From Leptolyngbyaceae cyanobacterium (GTDB taxonomy: Bacteria > Cyanobacteriota > Cyanobacteriia > Phormidesmidales > Phormidesmidaceae): a stretch of 64,000 nt of DNA. Location of the stretch: NCBI GenBank assembly GCA_965263355.1, contig CBDHHL010000056.1:256001-320000 (forward strand), in the 5' to 3' direction. Shown here piece by piece: positions 52,556 to 62,662 of the stretch; position 1 is the stretch's first letter; every line of letters begins with the position of its first letter. The notes below the pieces were generated by a model. That model was not told where the DNA came from and searched no databases. It saw nothing but the letters and a program-made list of their open reading frames with translations. Made by a program: the position numbers and the translations under genes.

Positions 52556-52595
52556 TGGTCCTGTTGCTCCGTTGGAGATCATCAGGGCCATTTTT
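52556..52595 (+). terminator. Probable intrinsic terminator of the peptide gene
   Basis: TGGTCCTG...CTCC-GTT-GGAG...CAGGGCCA hairpin followed by T5. Confidence 0.5.
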
Positions 52596-52622
52596 CATTG
52601 GTAATGACTCTAGGCTTTTTGT

Positions 52623-53078
52623 CTATGGGCTTGCTTGCTTCTCAAAATATTGTTGATGTTCTTCAGACGCTAACCAATATGCAGATGCAGCCACAATTTC
52701 GGTCACGATTGATTTGCTGTATTGGCCAGCAGTAATCTGTTTAGACTGATGCGCTAAACGTCGTTGTTCATCATTGTGATAAAAAATCACGGAGCGATAT
52801 TGTTCGCCACGGTCAGCTCCCTGTCGATTAAGACTGGTAGGGTCATGAATCTGCCAGAAGGTATCTAATAGGGTCTGATAGCTAATTTTTGCTGAATCGT
52901 ATTCTATTTGAGCCACTTCAGCATGCCCAGTGATACGAGAAAGGACATCTAGATAACACGGATTCTCAAAATGTCCACCCATGTAACCAACGGATGTTTT
53001 GGTCACACCAGATAGTTGACGAAATGCCTGTTCTGTTCCCCAAAAACAACCTGCTCCAAAGGTGGCAATCTCAATCAT
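52623..53078 (-). CDS. msrA: Peptide-methionine (S)-S-oxide reductase
   Basis: FGAGCFWG, GYMGG, TGHAE, HDPT..NRQG.D.G.QYRS, EEHQQY. Confidence 0.95.
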   Translation of the reverse strand: MIEIATFGAGCFWGTEQAFRQLSGVTKTSVGYMGGHFENPCYLDVLSRITGHAEVAQIEYDSAKISYQTLLDTFWQIHDPTSLNRQGADRGEQYRSVIFYHNDEQRRLAHQSKQITAGQYSKSIVTEIVAASAYWLASEEHQQYFEKQASP

Positions 53079-53260
53079 TTCGGTAATCTCCGAACACCGA
53101 TTTCTACTGACTAAGCGCGATGATTAATCATCGGTCTCTTTAGTAGTGTAACGGTCGATGTAACTAAAGTGATTGTTCAACCTTTAGGCAGCAGTATCCC
53201 TGTAAGGGCAGGATATCTTGGTAGATTATTGCCTAGCCGGCGTTGGTGACAAGACATTGT

Positions 53261-55849
53261 TTATTCAAACTGGGGGGGGAGTTCTTGGGGGGATACTCTA
53301 CCTGGCCTACTGGGAACGGGTATCCTGACGGCCCCACTATTGGCTCCATCTGCGCTAGCAGCAGCATCTCCAGTAGCATTGGCGGCACCGTCTGCATCCC
53401 CAGCTGCCGCATCTCCCGTGTTAACAACAATTGTTGGACTCTCTGGTGTCGGATCGTAGGTGGTAATTGTAATCGAGCGGGTTAATTGCTCTCCAGCTAC
53501 ATTGATCACCTGTAGGGAGACCTGCATTGCCCCAGGCTCTGGACTCAGAGGCACAGGCAATACCCCTTCTACAGGTACATTACCTGGAGCTGGCATTAAC
53601 ATCACCTGGGTCCCTGGATTATTTTCTACTTCCCAGGCTAGTTCCAGGTTAATTAGCGGTTGTCCCTGATCAACAGGTACCAGATAATTGGGTTGGGCCG
53701 GTTCTCCATTCAGGGTAAAGGTTAATAAACGGGGGGGACGGGGTTGAATCTGGGTGGGTTCACTGGTGAGTAAAATCGGTTTCTCAGGCGATTCTCCTTT
53801 TGGTATTGCCATTAGATCAAAGGTATAGGTACCCGCCTGACGCAACCCCGTGGGCACGTTCCGACAAATTAGCTGGGTTTCCAATAGGCAGAAATTAGTG
53901 AGTTCTGACGGCAAGCCAGCCTGAAAATCAAATGAAAACAGGGGTGTGACCACAGTGCCCTCCGCATCTCGTCCAACCAGGTGAAGCGTTTTTAGTTGTT
54001 CTGGATGGTCAACTTTCCAGTTGACTCTGGCAACATAGGGATCTTTTTCTAGTAGCACTGGAATAAATGCTGGTGGAGAGTCTGCGGCTGGCTCATTGGA
54101 GTCTGCTGCTTTTGTTGGTTTTTTATCTGTTGTTTGGGTTGTCTTATCAGTTGCCTCGCTCGGTTGCTTTTTTGGGGGTGGCGGTGCTTCTGAATAAAAC
54201 CCTAAGGTGGGAGTCAGTTCTAAAATGGTGGGCAGGGGAGCAGGAACAATTGTGACAGGTAAAGCCGTTGCCTTTGTTGATATGGCATTACGACCCGGCT
54301 TTGGAATTAGGGAAAGCGTAAATGTATAATCCCCTGAGCGTCTGGCATCGGTGCGGATATTGCGGCAGGTGAGTTGTTTTTTTCGGATTATACACAGGGA
54401 TTCTAAATTAGCTGGCAACCCCTTAGTAAAATCATACGTTAAGGGTCCACTGGCTAGTTCTCCTTCCGCTGATAGGCCGACAATTTCTAACCGTTGTATG
54501 CGTTGAGGATTGGTAATCTCAAAGCCAACATGGATGGTGTCGCCTTGGGCAGCGCTATAGGCTGTATCTTCTGGTGAAAATCGCAAAATATTAGCAGGTG
54601 CTGGTGGGCGAATAAACAAATACCAGGCTAACCAGACGAGCCCGATAAATGAACCCAGTAACAATAAAATAACTGGCAGAATTTGCCACCAGGGTCGGGC
54701 TTCCCACATTAAAAGCCCCTGCATCGGTATATCGGGCAGTGGTTTTTTCTCGGCGTCGATTGTTGTGACTTCAAAGTTAATCACGCGCCCACCCCCAAAT
54801 AGTGGACGCCGCCAGGGATTTTTAGGCTGAACAGAAATCTGGCTGAGTAGGGTTTGTTGCGGTGCTAACGTCAGGGACTGGGGCTGAATCTGATAGTCGC
54901 AAAGATTGCCGTCTTCCAGACCTAAAATTTTAAACTCTAGCGTTCTGGGGGTATTGCCCTGGTTGCTGGCTTGGATACTATATAGCCCTGACTGTTGCTG
55001 TACGCGACTTACCAGGGTACGAAAGCGAGTATCAAGCTGATAAACTGGGTCAACTGTGATGTATAGAACATCTAACAGCTTTAGGTCTGGATTGTTTTCA
55101 GATTTTAGCTGCAGCGTCGCCAGCATAGTGGCTGCCAGGGCATCTGATGGTGGTGTAATCGTCAATAAAATGATGCCTTCCATACCTGGGTTGAGATCCA
55201 GATAAGGTTCTGTGATGGCCAGACCTGGCAGTTGAAATCCTTGGGGATAGTTAATGGTAACCCAATCATCTGATAAGTCAGTACACCTTAGTCGAAACCG
55301 ATCAACTCGGTCAGCTCTGTTGTAAACATATATTTGAAACTGGAGTGGATTGCCAGGTAGGGTTTTAACCGGCTTAGTAGTGCTAGAAACCGGTTCTACG
55401 GCAAATGTTGGATCGTTTACCCTGGCAATGGTGTGGGCTGGTGGTAACACCTGCAGGGTTTGCTCATATCGCTGGGGCGGACTGTCGGGGTAATGGTTAG
55501 GAGCATCTACTATCAGTCGATAGCGATAGGCTCCTGATAGAGCTGAGGCTGGTACCTGAAAGCAAAAGGTGACTTCTTCCCCTTGCCCTGGATCTAGTGC
55601 CAGACGGGTTTGTGTCGTCTGGCACCAGTCATGAATAACCGTTGGTAGGTCGTCCAGGTAAACGTCAATAATGGCACTCTGATTTCCCTTATTGTTAATC
55701 GTGACGCTGATGTCTAAACGCTCTCCTGAGAGTACAGAATCTTCTCCGGAGGAAGAAAGGATGATCCCAATGGGCTGAGATAGGGTGATCTCAGTCGGTT
55801 CCATGGCTACATCGGGTAGCGATCGCATGGGCAAAGAGAAATGGGTCAT
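53261..55849 (-). CDS. CIS-associated bitopic membrane protein with tandem Ig-like (COG1470-like) domains
   Basis: Repeated beta-sandwich segments (ISVTINNKG, IYVYNRAD, IQASNQGN) and TM WWQILPVILLLLGSFIGLVWLAWYLFI. After the TM are two repeats of L...C......L.CRN..T..R..G.YTF.L..IPK. Confidence 0.7.
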   Translation of the reverse strand: MTHFSLPMRSLPDVAMEPTEITLSQPIGIILSSSGEDSVLSGERLDISVTINNKGNQSAIIDVYLDDLPTVIHDWCQTTQTRLALDPGQGEEVTFCFQVPASALSGAYRYRLIVDAPNHYPDSPPQRYEQTLQVLPPAHTIARVNDPTFAVEPVSSTTKPVKTLPGNPLQFQIYVYNRADRVDRFRLRCTDLSDDWVTINYPQGFQLPGLAITEPYLDLNPGMEGIILLTITPPSDALAATMLATLQLKSENNPDLKLLDVLYITVDPVYQLDTRFRTLVSRVQQQSGLYSIQASNQGNTPRTLEFKILGLEDGNLCDYQIQPQSLTLAPQQTLLSQISVQPKNPWRRPLFGGGRVINFEVTTIDAEKKPLPDIPMQGLLMWEARPWWQILPVILLLLGSFIGLVWLAWYLFIRPPAPANILRFSPEDTAYSAAQGDTIHVGFEITNPQRIQRLEIVGLSAEGELASGPLTYDFTKGLPANLESLCIIRKKQLTCRNIRTDARRSGDYTFTLSLIPKPGRNAISTKATALPVTIVPAPLPTILELTPTLGFYSEAPPPPKKQPSEATDKTTQTTDKKPTKAADSNEPAADSPPAFIPVLLEKDPYVARVNWKVDHPEQLKTLHLVGRDAEGTVVTPLFSFDFQAGLPSELTNFCLLETQLICRNVPTGLRQAGTYTFDLMAIPKGESPEKPILLTSEPTQIQPRPPRLLTFTLNGEPAQPNYLVPVDQGQPLINLELAWEVENNPGTQVMLMPAPGNVPVEGVLPVPLSPEPGAMQVSLQVINVAGEQLTRSITITTYDPTPESPTIVVNTGDAAAGDADGAANATGDAAASADGANSGAVRIPVPSRPGRVSPQELPPQFE

Positions 55850-55902
55850 AGTTACCTAAGGGAGCAGAGGAAACAGCGTAGGGGTGGGCATTGCCCACCA
55901 CC

Positions 55903-58089
55903 CTATGGGCAAAACTTATTATTGGCTTTGGTGTGATGCAGTTTGACGCGCCGATGATCACTGCCGCTGACAACTAACAAGGTTTGATTCTGTTGCTGGA
56001 TATCGACACTGTTAACGGGTTTGCCAAAATGGGCCAATTTCTTCTTATCCATAACCTGGCCTATCTGGTTGAGGTACCAGAGCATAACTCGACCATCATC
56101 ACCACCACTAGCCAGGTAACAGGCGTCTTTACTCAGGGCTACGGTATTTACAGGCTCGCCCTTGTGACCGTCTGTCCATTGATCGCTCACCTGGCAAACG
56201 GTGACGTTATGCAGGCACTTATCCAGATTCCATAGGGTAATGCGCCCTTGATTATCTGCTGTCGCTAAGCGGGTTGAGGTCGTATCTGCCGTATCTAAAC
56301 TGGAAATATAGTGGTTGGGCTCACCTGCAGGATAGGACAAAAAGTGTTGCCGATCCGTGGTCACATTCCATAAAACTAAGTGATTAAATCGTCCGCCAAT
56401 CGCTAGCAGATGAGATTGGTGGTTATCGGCTGGGTCAGTATCTGTAATCGGTGCGATCGCTTGAATAGCAAAATTAAAGTGCTGCTCTTGGGCAGGAGCC
56501 ATACCTTGACCTAAGTCAGCTAGATCATCGATGGCCCAGCGTAGTACCGTTCCACTCCCATGGGCGCTAAAAAGACTTTGGGAATCGTAGCTAAATTGAA
56601 GGTCAAATACTCGATCATCTCGATGGAATACTAATGTTTTTGGCGGTGATTTGGATAAAAAGTCCCAGAGTTGAATTTCCCCATTCTCTAAACCCGCTGC
56701 CAATAAATCATTGTTTCGGGGGCGGTAACGAACGACGCGAACGGATTTACCAGTGTGGGTCAGTCGTTCGATGTCTTTGAAGTGGGGTGAGACTTGCCAG
56801 CGATAGAGGGTATGGTCATCAGCTCCACTAATAACGGTATTGGCCTGACCATCGAACTGCACGCTGTTGACAGCGTCACGGTGACCATAGGGCCAATTGA
56901 GGGCTGCTATTGTAGCTAGACTGAGGCTAATGCCTCCTAGACACTGTAGCCAGAAAGGGATTTTAGGGGTGGCCAATAGTTCAACGGTTTGGCTCGTTGG
57001 TCGTATTTCTGTTTGTTGTAGCTGGGGGCGTAGCTTAAACTGTTGTCGTCGCTGCCAGCCCCACCAGGGCGCTCTAGGGGAAAGGGTTAAGGCCATCTGG
57101 GCGCTGTCATCTGCTGGCAACTCCACCTGGGCTGGACTCAGCTGTAGCATGTGGGATGTGGTCATTGCCGGTGCGGGTGGACGGTGGCGTAGCATGGCCC
57201 AAATTTTTTGGTACCAAGATATATCAATCCGCATTAAGCTGATCGCAACGGACTGAGAGACATTACTCTGATTGTTGAGAGTAAGGACATAGCGACTTGA
57301 CGGATTATCTCTTTTCTTTCTTGAAGAGGTCCCTGAAGGGGGCTCTGAAGAAGCTCCTGAAGACGTATCTGCAGATTGAGGTTGATCTAATTCACATGAA
57401 AATTCAACCCAGCCTGTTGGCAATACTGTCAGGGTGCCTTGCTGTTGTACAACGGGTGCCTCAGTTTGGTTAACTTCAATATAGAATGGATAGACTTTTG
57501 CTTCACTGGCAGCTGGCAGTTGACAGATAAACAAACTATAAGCACTGCCTTGGGACGCTACCTGCAAGCGACGTTCGTGACCATCGGTAAGCCATGCTTT
57601 GGGTAGACCTTTGAGGCTAACTCGCATGTACGCTGTGTTACGGTTAGCGTTAAAAAGCTGAAAAGGAATCTCGAACAAGTCCCCTGGTGCGGCCTGGAAA
57701 TCAGTTGTGGGCATCTGTAGCGAGGGAGATAGTACCCCAGATCCAGCTACAACAAGATTAACCAGCTGTCGATCTTCTTGATCTAGCTCTAGACAAGTGA
57801 CATTAACATTGAGGTTCATTTTGCCGGTAAAACCACCGGGGATGGGGGGAGTTTCTAAAATATTCACCACAAAGTTGACTTGATCACCCGCCGGAATCTT
57901 GGCCGATATGTCTGGGGTTAACCGATACCAATCGGGGGTGGCCTGGCGATCGAGTCCTGATGCTGATAGTTCCAGGGCAAAGGTGGCAAACCGATCGCTA
58001 AGATTGTTGACCATGACTTCAAACTGGTCATTGCCCGTTCCTAGGTGGACCGTATGGGTAGAAAGTTGGGTAAGAATCTGTTTGGGCAT
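55903..58089 (-). CDS. CIS-associated bitopic membrane protein: Ig-like domains, TM helix, WD40 propeller
   Basis: N-terminal Ig-like repeats (FEVMVNNLSD, FQLFNAN, LTLNNQSN) and hydrophobic IPFWLQCLGGISLSLATIAAL. WD40 motifs GHRDAVNSV, ENGEIQLWD and GHKGEPVNTV..LASGGDDGRVMLW. Start placed at MPKQ (58089). Confidence 0.75.
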   Translation of the reverse strand: MPKQILTQLSTHTVHLGTGNDQFEVMVNNLSDRFATFALELSASGLDRQATPDWYRLTPDISAKIPAGDQVNFVVNILETPPIPGGFTGKMNLNVNVTCLELDQEDRQLVNLVVAGSGVLSPSLQMPTTDFQAAPGDLFEIPFQLFNANRNTAYMRVSLKGLPKAWLTDGHERRLQVASQGSAYSLFICQLPAASEAKVYPFYIEVNQTEAPVVQQQGTLTVLPTGWVEFSCELDQPQSADTSSGASSEPPSGTSSRKKRDNPSSRYVLTLNNQSNVSQSVAISLMRIDISWYQKIWAMLRHRPPAPAMTTSHMLQLSPAQVELPADDSAQMALTLSPRAPWWGWQRRQQFKLRPQLQQTEIRPTSQTVELLATPKIPFWLQCLGGISLSLATIAALNWPYGHRDAVNSVQFDGQANTVISGADDHTLYRWQVSPHFKDIERLTHTGKSVRVVRYRPRNNDLLAAGLENGEIQLWDFLSKSPPKTLVFHRDDRVFDLQFSYDSQSLFSAHGSGTVLRWAIDDLADLGQGMAPAQEQHFNFAIQAIAPITDTDPADNHQSHLLAIGGRFNHLVLWNVTTDRQHFLSYPAGEPNHYISSLDTADTTSTRLATADNQGRITLWNLDKCLHNVTVCQVSDQWTDGHKGEPVNTVALSKDACYLASGGDDGRVMLWYLNQIGQVMDKKKLAHFGKPVNSVDIQQQNQTLLVVSGSDHRRVKLHHTKANNKFCP

Positions 58090-58091
58090 GG

Positions 58092-59330
58092 TCAGAGGAT
58101 GGGTGTTAATGACGGGGTTAACCATTGATGCATACGACGACGGCGGGCAGCAAAAGTTAAGAGGTTAATACCAAATTCCTGGGCGCTACGGATGTCCTCG
58201 CGGGAAAGATACAGGTCTTTGCTAATGCCCCAGGCTTGAGGCAGGGGACCCACCAGTAATAACAGTCCACCCCAGCCATAAAGCCCAACCGGTTGGCCGT
58301 GGATGGTGGGCCATTGGCTAAAACTAAAGGGGTGCGATCGCACTTCCTGATCTATCGCTTTAAGGCTTAAGCCTTCATTGGTCAAAAACGTTAGCAATGG
58401 CTCAGTTAATTGAGCGACAGCTTCATCAATACAGTCTTCAATTTTAGCAATTTCTTGTTGGGCCGATGTGTGTAGCGATGTATTGGCCCCTTGAGTCGCT
58501 AAGGCACTCCGTAACTCAGATTCAACCCGATATAGCTCACCTAGTTGGTCCGCTATTGCTTCCACCAAGATCACCCCACCTTGCTGAAGATACTGAGCAA
58601 TTTGGCGCTGATCGGGACGCGGCAGGTCACAAAAATCGTCATAGGAGAGATAGGTCAAGTCACTCTCTAGCACCTGTGTTGTGATGTGGCCATATAAAGC
58701 TGGATAGAGACCTGGCAGACTAGAAAATAGGGCTTTAAAGTGAGAAATAATCGGGCCATGGTGAGACCAGGCTGCGACACTGGCTGTCAGTTGAGGACGG
58801 GGTTTCACCCATTGGCGATGCCGTAAATCGAGCTGATTAATGGTAGGGGCAAACACATCCTCTGGAGAGACTATCTCCACATCTCCCACCCCCAGACGTA
58901 CCCGGCATAGTTCTACCTCATTCGCCTCTGCGGGGACATCTTTTTCAATAATCTGAAAGGCTTCCTGAACAATCTCGGATTGAGATGATCGTTCTGAATG
59001 CTTCAGCACGATATAAATCGTTGTCTCAGCAGTGGGTTGAGCTGAAAGGTAACAGTTTTCCACATTGGATACCACAATGGGATTCCCCTGGGCATCAATC
59101 GCTAAACCAGGCTGAATAGCCAGCCAACGCGGTTGTCGATACTTGCTAGGAGCTTCCTCTGGAATGGGAGCAATGCTCACCCCTAACCCACTGACAATGC
59201 CACCTTGGTGTAGGGCTTCATAGTGAATAGTTTGTCGTTGTTGGTGATAGCCATGGGCAATTTGCCAATGGTCGGCGGTAATCAGCATACCGTCGTTAAC
59301 CTGAATTCGCTGGAGAGGAGTAGGGTTCAT
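58092..59330 (-). CDS. CIS accessory protein with C-terminal DUF4159-like domain
   Basis: LQRIQVNDGMLITADHW..AH.YH..RQ, G.VSGL.V, IQPGLAIDAQGNPI, YLQQGGVILVE, IRSAQEFGINLL. Start placed at MNPTP (59330). Confidence 0.7.
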   Translation of the reverse strand: MNPTPLQRIQVNDGMLITADHWQIAHGYHQQRQTIHYEALHQGGIVSGLGVSIAPIPEEAPSKYRQPRWLAIQPGLAIDAQGNPIVVSNVENCYLSAQPTAETTIYIVLKHSERSSQSEIVQEAFQIIEKDVPAEANEVELCRVRLGVGDVEIVSPEDVFAPTINQLDLRHRQWVKPRPQLTASVAAWSHHGPIISHFKALFSSLPGLYPALYGHITTQVLESDLTYLSYDDFCDLPRPDQRQIAQYLQQGGVILVEAIADQLGELYRVESELRSALATQGANTSLHTSAQQEIAKIEDCIDEAVAQLTEPLLTFLTNEGLSLKAIDQEVRSHPFSFSQWPTIHGQPVGLYGWGGLLLLVGPLPQAWGISKDLYLSREDIRSAQEFGINLLTFAARRRRMHQWLTPSLTPIL

Positions 59331-59336
59331 CGGGAT

Positions 59337-59369
59337 AGAGGGGGAGAGGGGGAGAGGGGGAGAGGGGGG
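59337..59369. repeat. Short tandem repeat (AGAGGGGG)n, cyanobacterial STRR-like
   Basis: About four copies of an 8-mer just upstream of the 59330 start. Confidence 0.7.
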
Positions 59370-59451
59370 GTAGCGGCGAAAAGCCGTGTAATGCTTGGCA
59401 AACTCATGCCCTACCCACCATTCAACGATCAATGGTCAATTAAGGAGATTA

Positions 59452-60468
59452 TTATTGCGGCGTGATGGTCAGGTCGTAGGTACAGAACGCAGGTTTTTCC
59501 TGTTCGATGATGGTACGAATGAGGGGTTCATCCAGGGGGTAGTCCAAGGGAGGACGCAGATGAACGCTGAAGTGGTACGGGAGATTGCCACTGAGAATGG
59601 TGGATTCTCCTAGAACAGTTTTTCCCAATACACAGCCCTGGCTAAAGTTCTCATGGATACCGATGGCTCGTTGAGATTCATCAGCGGCATGGTCATCTAG
59701 GGGTAAACCACTGGCCAGATGGAGGTAAAATCGCAAACCACGTCGAGTGCCACGCCATCGGTAAATCTCCATGGCATAGCGGATCAGGGCACGTTGTTGA
59801 GCTAAACTGAGCGGCCCTTGAAACGACCAGCCGACCCAATGGGCCAGGAACGGTAGCATGGCCTGGGGGGCGGTGAGTGGATCGAGGTAGGCCCACTGAT
59901 GATCGAGAATATCAACGGTAGGCTCAAAGGTGGTTTCAAAGATTTTGAGAAACCGACCAACAAAATCAACATTGCGATAGATGTCAGGGAGAAAGTCGAG
60001 ATAAAGACTCGGAGGTCTGACCAGCACCTGAAAAGGACTAATCTGTTCCTGACTATCCCCTCGCGATGTGGTGGCAGTGACGGTCAACTGGCCCGTGTAA
60101 TCTAGCTTCAGGGGAAGTTGTTCGGGGGAGAGCGGCTGTTCAAAGAAGTCGGCTGCGATCGCAAAATATAGCACCGCTTCCATTTGATGACGACCGGGTA
60201 GACTAGACCCTTCCGTACGCAGTTGCCACCAATCGGAGGGGAGATCTCCGGTGACCGAGAAGTCAAGCTGAATCGGGTGATTAGAACGATTTTTGATCCG
60301 CACCACCAGCTCACTCAACTCCCCTGGCTGGAGACACAGTTTAGTGGTTAACGTCTGGGGAATTAATGCCTGACGAGAGAAGACTATGGCTGACTCGACG
60401 GCAGCTTCTGGTACCTGGAGAGGCAGCAGTTCAAGACTCATCATTTGTCCCGCTTGCACCTGTGACAT
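59452..60468 (-). CDS. CIS baseplate/phage tail protein I-like (Tail_P2_I) with N-terminal Ig-like extension
   Basis: YLDFLPDIY...FVGRFLKIFE, YLDPLTAP..MLPFLAHWVG, YRWRGTRRGL, HFSV, IIEQEKPAFC. Confidence 0.88.
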   Translation of the reverse strand: MSQVQAGQMMSLELLPLQVPEAAVESAIVFSRQALIPQTLTTKLCLQPGELSELVVRIKNRSNHPIQLDFSVTGDLPSDWWQLRTEGSSLPGRHQMEAVLYFAIAADFFEQPLSPEQLPLKLDYTGQLTVTATTSRGDSQEQISPFQVLVRPPSLYLDFLPDIYRNVDFVGRFLKIFETTFEPTVDILDHQWAYLDPLTAPQAMLPFLAHWVGWSFQGPLSLAQQRALIRYAMEIYRWRGTRRGLRFYLHLASGLPLDDHAADESQRAIGIHENFSQGCVLGKTVLGESTILSGNLPYHFSVHLRPPLDYPLDEPLIRTIIEQEKPAFCTYDLTITPQ

Positions 60469-60479
60469 CGCCCCCTCCT

Positions 60480-62654
60480 CTAATTAATCAAACTAATGAT
60501 GTGGCCTGAACGTAGCTGCGTATCTGCCCAAGAACAGACCAAGCCTAATGGCCCTGGCTTAACCACATTGTCAGGGGCAAGCTGACGGACCCAGCCATTT
60601 TCCTGTCGGCGTAGCTCATAGAGCATAACGGCCCCGAGATAACGCACGCCGGTTATGCCCTGCAACAAGGTGATAATGTCTGATGGATGGACTGCTGTAC
60701 CAAAGGGCCACCCCCGCCCATTACGCCCCCCCGTAAGCGGATTTAAAAACCGATAGAGAGCTACTTGCAAATCATGGAGAATAACCTGTTGAGCTTCAGG
60801 GGCACCGTAGGCCGAATCAATGGCGACTTCTGTTTTTACAGTTACCCCTACATACTCAGGGGACTGGAGCTTAACCTGTACCCCCAGGGGGCGACGCTCG
60901 TCTAGATACTGGGTAACCTGTTGAGTCAGCTGCTGAGTCAGGTCGAAGGCGTCAGGTGCGATCCCCATAGCCGTATCGATGTTAGTGATATTGGCCTGGG
61001 GCACTAACATAACGTTGACTACCCCCGGTTGACTATTGATTTGTTGCGGACAAATGCTGCGGGCCACAGTGCCCTGACTGGCTTCAATGGCAAGGGTTTC
61101 GAAGTCTTCTGGGGTCACTGCTCGATCGCGGGTGCGCAACAATCGGGGTACCCGCAATACGGCATTATCCAGGGATTCAGCATCGGCTCCGTGGTAGGCG
61201 GCTCCATGGTTAATCACTGAAGCGACATAGGGAACCGCTGATTTAATCACCCGCAACGTATGGGGCTGTACATTTCCTTGCTGTCCCCCCCCGGTGCGAT
61301 AAGCCCGCATGGTGATTATGGCCCCCCTAGGAGGAACGGCTCCATACTGTCGTTCTAGCAACTGTGGGGTGGTGGTGAGTACGGTGGTGCCGTGGGATTG
61401 TTGTTGCGATCGCACCCTTGTGGCTGTCCTCAGTTGCCCAGGCTCTCGAATTAACGGCCCAAACTGCACCAGACCGGTCAGTGAATCGACCGTATAATGG
61501 CAATCCTCCGGGCCAGAATCCGCAAAATCAGTTACCTCTTGCCAGTCTTGCTGCACACCGTTGGGGAGAATGACCGATAAAATTTCAGTCTCATCACGGG
61601 GCAACACAGGACGATTTTGCAGTTGAAAACTTTGTCCTGGCTGGCCATCACTTTCACCCAATAATTCATCTTGAACCAGGGTGCATTGACTGGCATCGAC
61701 GGTGCCCCCAATGGAACGAGCTGAAACACTCAGTAACCGAGGCGAGCTGCTATAGGCAGGTACTCCCAGGTCAGGAGTTGTACAAACACAGCGGAGCCAA
61801 CGGCCTCGATAGCTAGCAAAATCAGTCACCGGCAATTGTTGAGGTAGGTGTAGCACCACCTCTCCCTGTTGAACATCGCTGGTGCTGCCGGTGTTATAAA
61901 AGCTAAACCCACTGGTCTCGTCATCACTTTCCTGCATCAGCACCGGCACCCAAGTTTGACCATTCCAGGCTTCCCATTGACGAGGCGGAGTTTCAGGCCG
62001 AATTCCTGTTGGTGTGGCTGTTTCACCCTGAAAGTTAAGGGCAATAACATTGCCCTCCAGGGACTGGTCTGGATCAAGCACCAGATAAAAGCTGTTACCG
62101 GGACGAGGGGTGGGATTAAAAATGCTCTGCTCACTCCCTGTCCAGTGACCATTAGCATTACGGCGCCAGCGGGTAGATAAGCGATCTTGTAAAACATTCG
62201 GAATACGCTCAGCCGTATCTGCGGTCAGCAGATGATTGATCAGTGGAATACCAATGGTCAGGGGGCGATCAGTACTAAAGACAATGGCCTCTTCTGTCTC
62301 AGTACGCTCAGTTGCCACCTCTACGGCCATGGGAATTTGGTAAGGCTCTGGTAAACTGGCCGCCAGATAAAACGTAATGGCGGTATGGGCGGGGGCCGGC
62401 GGCTGTAAACGAATCCCCAACAGCTCTAGAAAAGCGACATAATTACGACGGGGAACCTGGTTAAACCGCATCATCATTTGATCGGTGAGCCAGCCAAATA
62501 GCTCCACCATGGTGATGCCCGGATCACTGGGATTGTGATTAGTCCACTCTGGACAGTATCGCGGCACGCGCAATAGACATTCTTCGACCAGGTCCTTAAA
62601 GGTGCGGTCGTCTAAGTTTGAATTAGGTAGCTGGGGGAGAAAATCAAATTCCAT
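60480..62654 (-). CDS. CIS baseplate assembly protein (gp6/baseplate J-like, Afp11-like)
   Basis: LPNSNLDDRTFKDLV..C...P..CPEWTNHNPSDPGIT, LGESDGQPGQ.F, YRTGGG..GNV, RDRAVTPEDFE, LDERRPLG, GWPFG. Confidence 0.93.
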   Translation of the reverse strand: MEFDFLPQLPNSNLDDRTFKDLVEECLLRVPRYCPEWTNHNPSDPGITMVELFGWLTDQMMMRFNQVPRRNYVAFLELLGIRLQPPAPAHTAITFYLAASLPEPYQIPMAVEVATERTETEEAIVFSTDRPLTIGIPLINHLLTADTAERIPNVLQDRLSTRWRRNANGHWTGSEQSIFNPTPRPGNSFYLVLDPDQSLEGNVIALNFQGETATPTGIRPETPPRQWEAWNGQTWVPVLMQESDDETSGFSFYNTGSTSDVQQGEVVLHLPQQLPVTDFASYRGRWLRCVCTTPDLGVPAYSSSPRLLSVSARSIGGTVDASQCTLVQDELLGESDGQPGQSFQLQNRPVLPRDETEILSVILPNGVQQDWQEVTDFADSGPEDCHYTVDSLTGLVQFGPLIREPGQLRTATRVRSQQQSHGTTVLTTTPQLLERQYGAVPPRGAIITMRAYRTGGGQQGNVQPHTLRVIKSAVPYVASVINHGAAYHGADAESLDNAVLRVPRLLRTRDRAVTPEDFETLAIEASQGTVARSICPQQINSQPGVVNVMLVPQANITNIDTAMGIAPDAFDLTQQLTQQVTQYLDERRPLGVQVKLQSPEYVGVTVKTEVAIDSAYGAPEAQQVILHDLQVALYRFLNPLTGGRNGRGWPFGTAVHPSDIITLLQGITGVRYLGAVMLYELRRQENGWVRQLAPDNVVKPGPLGLVCSWADTQLRSGHIISLIN

Positions 62655-62662
62655 GGTGGTCC

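Noticed and set aside
59331..59432. N-terminal extension (...PPSPPLPLSPSIP) of the DUF4159-like ORF
   Set aside because: It is a translation of a G-rich short tandem repeat. The family-like sequence begins at MNPTP (59330).
835..61414. Abundant GCGATCGC octamers
   Set aside because: This is the known cyanobacterial HIP1 sequence, used here only as a taxonomic clue.
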